Shown: piece after piece, positions 47,827 to 56,991 of the stretch
Layout: every line of letters starts with the position of its first letter
How positions within the stretch are numbered: position 1 is the stretch's first letter
Source: an uncultured Acidimicrobiaceae bacterium
GTDB taxonomy: Bacteria; Actinomycetota; Acidimicrobiia; Spongiisociales; UBA5794
Assembly: GCA_947258985.1 (NCBI GenBank)
Contig: CAMYKI010000001.1
Span: 46,651-110,650, forward strand
Direction of reading: 5' to 3'
DNA length: 64,000 bases
Position numbers and translations under genes: made by a program
Notes under the pieces: model-generated
What the model was told of the DNA's origin: nothing
The model's input: the letters and a program-made list of their open reading frames with translations, nothing else
Database searches by the model: none

Positions 47827-48945
47827 TCAAGCGTCGACAGAATCTCTGTCCCAGGGGCGAAGCCGCGGGTGGATACCGTCCGCGGCGACGACGTCGGCCT
47901 TTGCAGCGGTGGGCACCGTCGGCAACCACACCGTGAAGGCGGATCCTGCGCCCTCGTCCGAGTCGAGTGTCACGGCTCCGCCCTGGGCCTCTGCCATCTG
48001 CCGGGCGATGGTCAGGCCGAGGCCTCCTCTTCTCCCCCCGTCGGCGCGGTCGCGATCGTGACGACCCTGCCAGTCACGCTCGAACACCCTGGGGTGGAAC
48101 TCCGATGCCAGTCCCGGGCCCTCGTCGCTCACAGTGATCCAGGCCCATTCTTCGGACACGCCCCAGTCGAAGGAGATTGCGGAGCCGCGCGGGGCAAGCC
48201 GAACGGCATTGCTCGCAAAGTTGCCCACCACCGTTTTGAGGGATGCCGGATCCGTGTCCTGCAGCGTGACGGCGGCTTCCCCGATACTCAGCAGATGCAG
48301 GCCTCGGGCATGTGCCGGTCCGGTGAATTCCGCGATGACCGCTCCTGCGATGCTCGCCAGATCGGCGGATGTTCCGTTGGCGGTGACGGCGAGACGGCCG
48401 TGACCGGCGAGATCATCGACCGTCCTTCCCATGCGGGTGGTTGCACGGCGGGCAGCTTCGATGAAGTCGTCGGAGTCAGATTCTGCGGCAGCCAACTCGA
48501 GATTGGTGCCCATCACGGCCAGGGGAGTTCGCAACTCGTGAACGATCTCCTGGAGGCGTCGCTGTCTCTCTTCATCGGCTGCTTCCACGTCGGCAAGAGC
48601 GGTGTCGACTGCTCCCAGCATCCGTCCGGCCGCAAACCGTCCAACCGCGATCGCAGGCAGCAGCGAGACCGCAAGCGCAATCAGGCTCCAGCGCAACGTG
48701 TCGCCTCGAGCCTGGGCGGCGGCCTCTGTGGCGCCTTCGTCGGCAACGATCACGACTGCCACGTTGTCGCCGACTCGCGCCGCCCCCGCCTGGGTTCCGT
48801 TATCTGGACTCTCGGCCTGCCATCCGGCTATCAGTGTTGCTGCCACGGCGATTGCCGCGGCGACGAGCAAGGTCGACACGGTAAGGCCGATGGCAAGCCG
48901 GTTGCGCACCCGATTCCGGTCACGGCGGAGGTCATGGACGCTCAC
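47827..48945 (-). CDS. Sensor histidine kinase (MprB-like)
   Basis: H-box HELRTPLA, N/G boxes, two TM helices. GTGA overlap with the RR stop. Confidence 0.8.
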   Translation of the reverse strand: MSVHDLRRDRNRVRNRLAIGLTVSTLLVAAAIAVAATLIAGWQAESPDNGTQAGAARVGDNVAVVIVADEGATEAAAQARGDTLRWSLIALAVSLLPAIAVGRFAAGRMLGAVDTALADVEAADEERQRRLQEIVHELRTPLAVMGTNLELAAAESDSDDFIEAARRATTRMGRTVDDLAGHGRLAVTANGTSADLASIAGAVIAEFTGPAHARGLHLLSIGEAAVTLQDTDPASLKTVVGNFASNAVRLAPRGSAISFDWGVSEEWAWITVSDEGPGLASEFHPRVFERDWQGRHDRDRADGGRRGGLGLTIARQMAEAQGGAVTLDSDEGAGSAFTVWLPTVPTAAKADVVAADGIHPRLRPWDRDSVDA

Positions 48946-49640
48946 GTTTGGGTCCGTAGCCGGTAGCCGCGTCCCGGGATGGTTTCGATTGGATGGTCGC
49001 CGGCGGCTTCTGCAAGCTTGCGGCGCAGGTTCGAGATCGTCATGCGCACTGTGTTCGTAAAGGGGTCGGCATGCTCGTCCCATACGTGTTCGAGGAGCCG
49101 CTCGGCGCTGTGGACCACGTCGGGATGGAGCAAGAACCATCGCAAGAGGGCAAACTCCTTGACGGTCAGCAGGACCGATTCTCCACCGGCCGTGACCTCA
49201 TGGCGGGCGGTGTCCATCTCGATGCTCGCCTGGCTGATCACCGAATTCCCGTTGTTGGTGTCCCGGCGGAGGAGAGCACGCACCCGGGCATTGAGCTCCT
49301 CTAGGGAAAAGGGTTTCACCAGGTAGTCGTCGGCGCCGCTATCCAGACCGGTGATGCGGTCGTCGACGCTGCCCCGCGCCGTGAGCATTATCACCTTGGG
49401 CGGCATTACGTCGATGTCACCGGCGGTTGCCGGCTCGGATACGAGCGTTCGGCAGACCTCGAGACCATCGATGTCGGGCAGATTGAGGTCGAGACAAACT
49501 ACGTCGTAGTGGTTGACCGCAGCGCGGTCGATGGCGGAGACCCCATCCGGGGCTATGTCGGCGGCATAGCCGTCGCGACGCAGGCCGGCGGCAATGGCCG
49601 CGGCAAGGTCCTGTTCGTCTTCGACCACGAGGATTCGCAT
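48942..49640 (-). CDS. OmpR-family response regulator (MprA-like)
   Basis: MRILVVEDE receiver domain and C-terminal winged helix TIPGRGYRL. Confidence 0.85.
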   Translation of the reverse strand: MRILVVEDEQDLAAAIAAGLRRDGYAADIAPDGVSAIDRAAVNHYDVVCLDLNLPDIDGLEVCRTLVSEPATAGDIDVMPPKVIMLTARGSVDDRITGLDSGADDYLVKPFSLEELNARVRALLRRDTNNGNSVISQASIEMDTARHEVTAGGESVLLTVKEFALLRWFLLHPDVVHSAERLLEHVWDEHADPFTNTVRMTISNLRRKLAEAAGDHPIETIPGRGYRLRTQT

Positions 49641-49783
49641 CGTCGTTCCTACGCCCAAAAGCGTCCGAAGGATCCGGCAACGGGAGTGAAGCGGACGGGC
49701 GCGGTCAAGAGGACTGTTGGTAGATCGTTCGACATATTCGCCATTTAGACGCAGATGGGCCCCATCTAGTTCCCTGGAGATCG

Positions 49784-50614
49784 GTGGCTCCTGCTCTACG
49801 CTGCTCGACGATGCAGAACGGCAACGACTTGCGGGAACGAGTCCGCCACATCATTTTCGATCACGACACGCCGGTATCCCGGGCGTTTGACGTCGCCTTG
49901 ATGATCCTGATCGCCTTCAGCGTCCTGCTCGTCATGCTCGAGACCGTCGAAGAGATTGACGCCAAATACGGCGGTGTGCTGTTGGCGCTCGAGTGGATCG
50001 TCACCATCCTGTTCACCATCGAGTACCTCGCCCGGCTGTGGACCGCCGATAACAAGCTCCGCTATGCCCGCAGCTTCTTCGGTATTGTCGATCTGTTGGC
50101 AATCCTGCCGGTCTACCTGAGCCTGTTCCTCCCCGGGACGCAATCGCTTCTCGTCATTCGGTCGCTGCGACTGTTGCGGGTCTTCCGTGTGTTCAAGATG
50201 GCTCGCTGGCTGAGCGACGCCAACTATCTGGTACGTGCCCTCAAGGCGAGTTCCCGCAAGATCGTCGTATTCCTGATCGTTGTGATCCTGATCAATGTCA
50301 TCGTCGGATCGACCATGTATCTCATCGAAGGGCCCGAGAACGGGTTCGACTCGATGTTCCGCGGGCTCTACTGGTCGATCGTCACGATGAGCACTGTCGG
50401 CTTCGGCGATATCGCCCCATCTACGCCTCCCGGCCAGGTGTTGGCGGCGGTGCTGATGATCACCGGCTACAGCATTATTGCGGTGCCGACCGGCATCGTT
50501 TCCGCCGAAGTCGCCGTCGCCGGCCAGCGCGAGAAATCGTGCCCCGGGTGCGGATCCGCAGTGCACTCTCGGGCAGCCAAGTTCTGCGACGCTTGCGGGA
50601 CCGAGATGCCGTAA
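49784..50614 (+). CDS. Voltage-gated (6-TM) K+ channel with C-terminal zinc ribbon
   Basis: S4 RSLRLLRVFRVFKMAR, selectivity filter TVGFGD, C-terminal CPGCG...CDACG. Confidence 0.8.
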   Translation: MAPALRCSTMQNGNDLRERVRHIIFDHDTPVSRAFDVALMILIAFSVLLVMLETVEEIDAKYGGVLLALEWIVTILFTIEYLARLWTADNKLRYARSFFGIVDLLAILPVYLSLFLPGTQSLLVIRSLRLLRVFRVFKMARWLSDANYLVRALKASSRKIVVFLIVVILINVIVGSTMYLIEGPENGFDSMFRGLYWSIVTMSTVGFGDIAPSTPPGQVLAAVLMITGYSIIAVPTGIVSAEVAVAGQREKSCPGCGSAVHSRAAKFCDACGTEMP

Positions 50615-50618
50615 CGCA

Positions 50619-50662
50619 TCTGGCGTACGTGAGCGCCTTATAAGGCGCTCACGTACGCCAGA
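50619..50662. terminator. 44-bp perfect palindrome between convergent genes (bidirectional terminator candidate)
   Basis: tctggcgtacgtgagcgcctta|taaggcgctcacgtacgccaga. The right arm contains the stop codon of the minus-strand MFS gene. Confidence 0.55.
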
Positions 50663-51794
50663 CGCGCCCGTTCAACCACACCATGCCGCCGAGGATGACG
50701 GGCACGAACAGAAAGGCGAATCGGATTTCCGTGATCTGATCGAGTATCCCCAGCAGCGTGGGAGTCACGGTGATGGCGACACCTGAAGCGAATGCCGCCA
50801 GCGCTATCAACCGTTCTTCGGGTAGCGCTATATCGTCGAGGAGCCCTGCGAGCGACACCGGGTAGAGGACGGCAACACCGAGGCCGGCGAAGAAGAGAGC
50901 GGCAACGAGAATCGGGAGGGCGAGGTCGAGCGCCACGATGATCGCGGCCGATCCGGTGACGAGGGCGGAAAGCGGCACCGGGCCGAGAGGTCCGACGGAT
51001 CGAGGTCCGATCATCCTCCCCAGTGCCATCCCGATAGCGAATGCCGCAACCAGGCCGCTGGCCGTGCCTACTGCGGCGCCGGCGTCAACGAGTCGGGCCG
51101 CTCCCCACGTCCAGAAGAAGAATTCGGCGGAGACTGCGAGAACTATGGCGAACCATCGTGCCCAAGTGTTTGACGTCATCTTGCCTGTGGTGCTTCGGTC
51201 GGATACCTCACGGTCGATACCGAGACCTTCGGGAGCTCGGACCCGCCGCAGCGCGACGATGACGAGCCAGAAAGCCGGGAAGATGAGGGCGACCCGTCCG
51301 GTCTCCAGCAGCTGATCGGCGATGGCGATTGCGCCGGGCGCCAGCAAGCCGGCGATCGAGGAGACACCGACAGCGACGGCCAGTCGCTTTGCGCGTTCTT
51401 GGACGCCGATCAAGGCCGGGGTTGCGATGAGGAACGCCGAGCAGCCGATGCCCTGGAGCAACCCGCCGGCGACGAGATGAGGCACCGTCGTACCCAGCCC
51501 GAGTAGGACGACTCCGCCTATTACCAGAACCGCTCCGACCCTGGTAACCGGTTCGGCTCCGTGGCCGAGGATGCGGCGTCCGAATACCCCGGCGCCCAGT
51601 AGGCCGAACCCGAAGGCTGAGCCCAGCCACGCCAGTTCGTGCCGCGGTACTTCGAGATCGCGGGCACCCAGGATCAGTACCGGCCCGAGCCCTCCGATAC
51701 ACCATCCGATGGCGGCCTGGATGGCGTAGGCATGCCTGTCGCGTAGAACTCCTTGCCTTGTCAGCATCGGCACGGTTCCCCGAGGGACATGCAT
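50649..51794 (-). CDS. MFS transporter
   Basis: 381 aa, about 12 TM helices. Confidence 0.7.
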   Translation of the reverse strand: MHVPRGTVPMLTRQGVLRDRHAYAIQAAIGWCIGGLGPVLILGARDLEVPRHELAWLGSAFGFGLLGAGVFGRRILGHGAEPVTRVGAVLVIGGVVLLGLGTTVPHLVAGGLLQGIGCSAFLIATPALIGVQERAKRLAVAVGVSSIAGLLAPGAIAIADQLLETGRVALIFPAFWLVIVALRRVRAPEGLGIDREVSDRSTTGKMTSNTWARWFAIVLAVSAEFFFWTWGAARLVDAGAAVGTASGLVAAFAIGMALGRMIGPRSVGPLGPVPLSALVTGSAAIIVALDLALPILVAALFFAGLGVAVLYPVSLAGLLDDIALPEERLIALAAFASGVAITVTPTLLGILDQITEIRFAFLFVPVILGGMVWLNGRVWRT

Positions 51795-51871
51795 GCGAGT
51801 GTAGGTACCGGGAGGCGGCGCGGCGATGTGTCACCGGGCTTGTGTCGTGGTTGGGCGATACGCTGTGGTCG

Positions 51872-52870
51872 ATGCGAGCATATGAAGTCTCCAAACCTGG
51901 GCCTGTGGAGTTGCCCAGGCTGCACTCGGTGGATCGGCTCGACTTCGAGCCGGGGCCGGGTGAGGTCGCCATCGAGGTCGCAGCTTGCGCGGTGTGCCGC
52001 ACCGACCTGCAGATCATCGAGGGAGATCTCGAGGCACATCGGCTGCCGATCGTTCCGGGTCATCAAGTTGTTGGACGAGTGCGCGCTGTCGGCGCGGGTG
52101 TCGAACGATGGCAACCCGGTGACCGTGTCGGCGTCGCATGGCTGGGAGGCGCCTGCGGGTCATGTGACCGCTGTACCGAGGGGCTGGAGAACCTATGCGA
52201 TCAGGCGGAGTTCACCGGCTGGGACCGGGACGGCGGATTTGCCGAGACCATGACCGCCAGAGCCGACTACGTTTTCAGCATCCCTCCGCGGTTCGGTGAC
52301 GCTGAAGCTGCTCCGCTCCTGTGCGGAGGGATCATCGGCTACCGCTCGCTGCAAGTGGCCGGGATCGAGCCCGGCGGCCGGCTCGGCCTCTATGGATTCG
52401 GAGCATCGGCGTTGCTGGCGTTCCAGGTCGCCCGATATTGGGGCTGCGACGTCTTTGTCGCTAGCCGCTCTCGCACCGAGCAGAATCGTGCGCTGGAAAT
52501 GGGCGCCGTCTGGGCAGGTTCGTATCACGAGCAGCCGTCCGTCCCGCTGGATGCGGTGATCACGTTTGCCCCGGTCGGATTTGTGGTCGTCGAAGCGCTC
52601 AAGGCCATACGGCCGGGCGGGACCGTGGCGATCAATGCAATCCATCTCGACACGGTCCCCGAGTTCCCCTACGAGCTGCTGTGGATGGAGCGCGGGGTTC
52701 GCAGCGTCGCCAACTTCACCAGAAAGGATGCAGAGGACTTCTTAGAACTGGCCGGTGAGATACCGATCACGACAGTCGTTGACGAGTATCCGCTGGCAGA
52801 CGTCAACGTTGCCCTACGGCGGCTCAAAACGGGCGAAGTCAACGGGGCAGCAGTGCTGGTGTCCAACTAG
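51872..52870 (+). CDS. Zinc-dependent alcohol dehydrogenase (MDR family)
   Basis: CAVCRTDL catalytic Zn site, structural Zn CGSCDRC, GFGASA dinucleotide fold. Start at MRAYEV. Confidence 0.85.
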   Translation: MRAYEVSKPGPVELPRLHSVDRLDFEPGPGEVAIEVAACAVCRTDLQIIEGDLEAHRLPIVPGHQVVGRVRAVGAGVERWQPGDRVGVAWLGGACGSCDRCTEGLENLCDQAEFTGWDRDGGFAETMTARADYVFSIPPRFGDAEAAPLLCGGIIGYRSLQVAGIEPGGRLGLYGFGASALLAFQVARYWGCDVFVASRSRTEQNRALEMGAVWAGSYHEQPSVPLDAVITFAPVGFVVVEALKAIRPGGTVAINAIHLDTVPEFPYELLWMERGVRSVANFTRKDAEDFLELAGEIPITTVVDEYPLADVNVALRRLKTGEVNGAAVLVSN

Positions 52871-52884
52871 CCGTCAGAGTGCGC

Positions 52885-53151
52885 TCACGGGTGAACGTGT
52901 GACCGCTCGCCGGTGTGGTCGGCGATGTCGTCTTCGGCAGTCGCCAGCAGCTTGCGGACGAGATCTTCGAGGGCACGGGCCGCAGCGATCTCGGTCCCGA
53001 TCCGGGGCACGTCGGGGTCGGCAGGGCTGCGTTGTGCTCGGCCCCAGCCGTGGAACCGGGCGTCTCCGGTTTCGAGGATGGCATCTGCCCGCGTGTTGTC
53101 GCCTTCCTCGGTGAAGTCGATCTCTACCGTCCACACTCTTGTGTTCGACAT
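52885..53151 (-). CDS. DUF1876-domain protein
   Basis: 88 aa. W.V.I.F.E....T.A.A.L......GWG.A.R.P.D...P.IG.EIA.ARAL pattern. GGAG RBS. Confidence 0.7.
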   Translation of the reverse strand: MSNTRVWTVEIDFTEEGDNTRADAILETGDARFHGWGRAQRSPADPDVPRIGTEIAAARALEDLVRKLLATAEDDIADHTGERSHVHP

Positions 53152-53252
53152 GTCGCTCCTCTCATCGTCACCATCATCCGGGGTAACCGACTACCCGGTC
53201 AAGGTTTGAGCGACGGCAATCCCGGTGTTGTCGGCCGCTTGGGGACGTTCGA

Positions 53253-53262
53253 TGGTCTAGAC
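53253..53262. promoter_or_regulatory. TGGTCTAGAC, 10 of 12 positions of the DasR/HutC-type dre palindrome
   Basis: Read directly, upstream of the DUF1876 gene and downstream of the PLP-operon terminator. Confidence 0.3.
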
Positions 53263-53284
53263 GCGTGACCGCCCCGCAATCGGG

Positions 53285-53330
53285 TTTTGGCGTCGGAAAC
53301 CGGAATATGTTCCGGTATCCGACGCCAAAA
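53285..53330 (-). terminator. Long hairpin terminator 3 nt after the operon's last stop codon
   Basis: 13-bp outer stem ttttggcgtcgga/tccgacgccaaaa plus 7-bp inner stem accggaa/ttccggt. A/T runs at the stem base. Confidence 0.6.
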
Positions 53331-53333
53331 TGG

Positions 53334-54791
53334 TTAGAGACCGACTTTGTCGTTGAACTTCTCGATGAGTTCGTCGATGGGGTCGGCCATGGCCTGGATG
53401 CTGGTCCAGTAATCGGGGTCGTACCACTGCGCCTGGATCTCCTCGTAGGTCTTGCCCTGCTGCTCGACCCAGGTGTAGTACTTCAGGTTGTGGACTCGCT
53501 TCTTGTCGTAGTACCCGAGCTCCTGAACGTGATCGATCCCGGCGCCGAGCATGTAACGATGGAATGAGCCGGCTGCGTCCAGCGAAGTGAATTCGCCCCG
53601 CTCGTCGTTGAGCTCTGCCAACCTGCTCTGGTACATCTCCATTGAGTCGGTGCCGACAGTCACCAGCACGTCGCCGGATCCCATCTCGTAGTGCTTCGCC
53701 ATCTTGATAGTGGCCACCATGTTTCCGATGCACGAGATCCCAAACAGCGACAACTGCTCAACCAGCTCCGGCTTGACACCCTGATCGACCAGGTAGGCCT
53801 TGCCGGCCGGCTCGTTGAACAGCCGGGTCAGCGAGATCGTTGCCTCGTCGTCCACGCCAATGGCCATGTCGGTGTTCTTGACGTTGTGCACCCACGGGAT
53901 GTGCTTGTCGCCGATGCCTTCGATACGGTGCTCGCCAAACCCGTTGTACAAGATGGTCGGGCACTGAGTGGCCTCGGCGGCGCCGATCACAGCATTCGGG
54001 TACACCTGCTTGAGGTAGTCGCCGGATGCAATCGTCCCGGCCGACCCCGTTGCCAGGGCAACACCGCGGAAGGTCTCACCCGGCTGCATCGAGTCTTCGA
54101 GAGCCTCCACCATGGCGGGCCCGGTGACCGTGTAGTGCCACAGGTAGTTCCCGAACTCGTCGAACTGGTTGAAGATCACCAGATCCTGACCGGACTGACG
54201 GAGCTCATTGCACTTGTCGAAGATCTCCTTGACGTTGGACTCGGAACCCGGGGTCTTGATGATCTCGCCGGCAACGCTTTCCAGCCAGTGGAACCGTTCG
54301 GCGCTCATGCCCTCGGGAAGGATGGCGATTGACTCGCAGCCAAGAAGGTTCGAGTCGTAGGCGCCGCCACGGCAGTAGTTGCCGGTCGACGGCCAGACTG
54401 CCTTCTGTGTAGCGGGGTCGAACTGACCAGTGACCAGGCGAGGGGCCAGGCATCCGAAGGCAGCACCGACTTTGTGGGCCCCGGTGGGGAACCATTTGCC
54501 GACGAGCATGACGATCTTGGCTTCGATCCCCGTGAGCTCTGACGGAAGTTCGATGTAGTTGACACCTCCGTAGCCACCGCCGTGTGGCGTCGCCTCGTTC
54601 TTCCAAGTGATCCGGAACAGGTTGAGTGGATCGAGATCCCACAACCCAACATTGCCCAGTTGGCTCTTGATCGTCTCGGGAACCAGCTCAGGGTTCTTCA
54701 TCTGCTTGAAGGTGGGGATACGAATCGACTGATTCCGGGCCACTGCTGCAGCCGACTCCAGTACTGATTCGTTGACCGTAAGGTCGATCAT
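53334..54791 (-). CDS. Fold-type II PLP-dependent enzyme, 485 aa (possibly OrtB-like lyase/thiolase)
   Basis: Candidate PLP-lysine context FPTGAHKVGAA and Gly-rich GSAGT loop. Longer than cysteine synthases. The specific family is not certain. Confidence 0.6.
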   Translation of the reverse strand: MIDLTVNESVLESAAAVARNQSIRIPTFKQMKNPELVPETIKSQLGNVGLWDLDPLNLFRITWKNEATPHGGGYGGVNYIELPSELTGIEAKIVMLVGKWFPTGAHKVGAAFGCLAPRLVTGQFDPATQKAVWPSTGNYCRGGAYDSNLLGCESIAILPEGMSAERFHWLESVAGEIIKTPGSESNVKEIFDKCNELRQSGQDLVIFNQFDEFGNYLWHYTVTGPAMVEALEDSMQPGETFRGVALATGSAGTIASGDYLKQVYPNAVIGAAEATQCPTILYNGFGEHRIEGIGDKHIPWVHNVKNTDMAIGVDDEATISLTRLFNEPAGKAYLVDQGVKPELVEQLSLFGISCIGNMVATIKMAKHYEMGSGDVLVTVGTDSMEMYQSRLAELNDERGEFTSLDAAGSFHRYMLGAGIDHVQELGYYDKKRVHNLKYYTWVEQQGKTYEEIQAQWYDPDYWTSIQAMADPIDELIEKFNDKVGL

Positions 54792-56053
54792 TCGTTGTTT
54801 CCCTTCTGCATTGCTGTCTTGAGTGCTTCGAGGGTCGGATCGACGTGCATTGGCTTGGTTCCGGCGGCGGTGACCGCCTTCATCGCCGAGGCCACGTCCT
54901 TTAGACCGCTTCCGGTGGACAGTACGACTACTTCGTCAGTTGCCGTGACCAGTCCCTTGTTTACCGCAGCGATGAGCCCGGCGTGTGCCGCGGCGCCTGC
55001 GGGCTCGGCGAACACACCGGAGCCTCGGGCCAACAGCGGCTGCGCTGCCAAGATCTCGTCATCGCTGACCCGGATGTAGGCGCCACCGGTTTCGGTAGCC
55101 GCGCGCATCGCTTTGATTCTGTCGCGGGGGAGGTCGGCACTGATCGAGTCGGCCACGGTATCGGCGGAGATCGGCGCCTTGGTGAGTACGTCCTCGCCGG
55201 ACTCGAACGCCTGCACCATGTAGTCGGAGCCGGCAGCCTGGATCCCATAGATGCGCGGCGCCCTGTCGATCCAACCGAGCCCGAGCGCATCCTTCATGGC
55301 TTTGTGGACGCCGCCGATGATCGAGCCATCGCCAACGCTGACAAAGATGGCGTCGGGCGGGTTCCAGCTGAGGTCTTCGAGGATCTCGAGACCGGCGGTC
55401 TTCTTGCCTTCTGTCATGAACGGGTTGTACCCCGTGTTCCGGTTGTACCAGCCGTACTCGGCTGCGGCGAGCATGCACAGCTCGAATGCATCGTTGTAGT
55501 TGCCGTTTACCAGCGCCACGGTTGAGCCGTAGGCCAGCAACTGCGCAATCTTGGCCTCGGGTGCCGACTTGGGAACAAAGATCACGTTCCTCTGTCCGAC
55601 GCTGGCCGATATGCCGGACAACGCAGCTGCGGCATTGCCGGTGCTCGCCGTGGTGACAACCTCGGCACCGGCGTCACGGGCCTTGACGACGGCGATGGCC
55701 GAGGCGCGGTCCTTGAGGGACGCGGTCGGCTGCCGGCCTTCGTCCTTCACCCAGACCCTGGCTACCCCAAGATCGGACGCCAACGGAGCGGCGTCGTACA
55801 TCGGGGTTCCGCCAACTGTCAGCGGGGGAACCGGGGCATCAGGCCGCACCGGCATCAGTGGGCGGTAGCGCCACATGGTGCGGTTGCGGTTGCGGTCGAG
55901 ATCGGCCTTGGTCCAGCTACCGGCGATGCGCTCATAGTTGTACCGGACGTCGAGGATGCCTTCATTTCCGTGATCAGTACAGACGTACCCGGCGTAATCC
56001 GCCGGGTACGTCTTGTCACAGATCACACAGGTGAGCCCCGTGACGTTCCTCAT
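54788..56053 (-). CDS. Threonine synthase-like PLP enzyme with N-terminal Cys-rich ribbon
   Basis: PTASLKDRAS PLP-lysine motif. TASTGNAAAA. N-terminal CVICD...C.DH. ATGA overlaps on both sides. Confidence 0.75.
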   Translation of the reverse strand: MRNVTGLTCVICDKTYPADYAGYVCTDHGNEGILDVRYNYERIAGSWTKADLDRNRNRTMWRYRPLMPVRPDAPVPPLTVGGTPMYDAAPLASDLGVARVWVKDEGRQPTASLKDRASAIAVVKARDAGAEVVTTASTGNAAAALSGISASVGQRNVIFVPKSAPEAKIAQLLAYGSTVALVNGNYNDAFELCMLAAAEYGWYNRNTGYNPFMTEGKKTAGLEILEDLSWNPPDAIFVSVGDGSIIGGVHKAMKDALGLGWIDRAPRIYGIQAAGSDYMVQAFESGEDVLTKAPISADTVADSISADLPRDRIKAMRAATETGGAYIRVSDDEILAAQPLLARGSGVFAEPAGAAAHAGLIAAVNKGLVTATDEVVVLSTGSGLKDVASAMKAVTAAGTKPMHVDPTLEALKTAMQKGNNE

Positions 56054-56991
56054 TGAACGATCCGGGTACCGGTTTCGCCGGCCATGGCCCGTTCGATGTT
56101 CTGGGGGTTAGTGATCAAGGCTTCCTTGCCACCGGCCTCCATGTACTGCACGACTGCCCTCATCTTGGGGGCCATCGAGCCCTCGGCGAAGTGACCGCCC
56201 TCGGCGAGGTACTGCTTGACCTCAGACAGGGTGAACTGGTCAACCCACTCTTCGTTCTCTTTGCCGAAGTTGAGGGCAACCTGCTCGACCGCGGTCGAGA
56301 TCAGCAGCAGATCTGCGTCGATCTGGCTGGCCAGCAATGCCGACGCCAGGTCCTTGTCGATCACGGCTGCGATGCCTTCGAGGTCTCCGCTCTCGTTGGC
56401 GACGACGGGAATTCCGCCACCACCGACGGCGATGGTGACTACGCCCGCATCAAGCAATCCCTTGATGACGTCGAGTTCGACGATTCGCATCGGGGCCGGC
56501 GAGGCGACAACACGGCGCCAGCCGCGACCGGCGTCCTCTTTGATGTCCCAGCCTTCCTGATCCCGACGCCGCTTGGCCTCGGCCTCCTCCATGAACGAGC
56601 CGATCGGCTTGCTCGGGGAATTGAAGGCGGGGTCGTTGGCATCGACCTCGACCTGGGTGACAACCGTGGCGACACTCTTTTTGATATCGCGCTGGCGGAA
56701 ATCGTTGACCAGGTTCTGCTGCAGCATGTACCCAATGGCGCCCTGGGTGTCGGCACCGCAATAGTCAAGCGGGATCTCGTGGAGCTCACTACTCGACATC
56801 TCGGAGCGACGCAGGATGAAACCAACCTGCGGGCCGTTGCCGTGGGAGATGGCCACATCCCATCCCTGTGCAATCAGGGATGCGATGTGATCGTCGGTCT
56901 CTGCCGCCGCCAGGTACTGATCCTGCACCGACGTGTGGTCGGCGTCGGGAATCAGCGAGTTGCCGCCAATGGCGATTACGACTTTTGGCAT
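56050..56991 (-). CDS. Carbamate kinase
   Basis: VVIAIGGNSL, SHGNGPQVG, VGGGGIPV. TAATG junction with the upstream carbamoyltransferase (alternative GTG at 57000). Confidence 0.85.
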   Translation of the reverse strand: MPKVVIAIGGNSLIPDADHTSVQDQYLAAAETDDHIASLIAQGWDVAISHGNGPQVGFILRRSEMSSSELHEIPLDYCGADTQGAIGYMLQQNLVNDFRQRDIKKSVATVVTQVEVDANDPAFNSPSKPIGSFMEEAEAKRRRDQEGWDIKEDAGRGWRRVVASPAPMRIVELDVIKGLLDAGVVTIAVGGGGIPVVANESGDLEGIAAVIDKDLASALLASQIDADLLLISTAVEQVALNFGKENEEWVDQFTLSEVKQYLAEGGHFAEGSMAPKMRAVVQYMEAGGKEALITNPQNIERAMAGETGTRIVQ

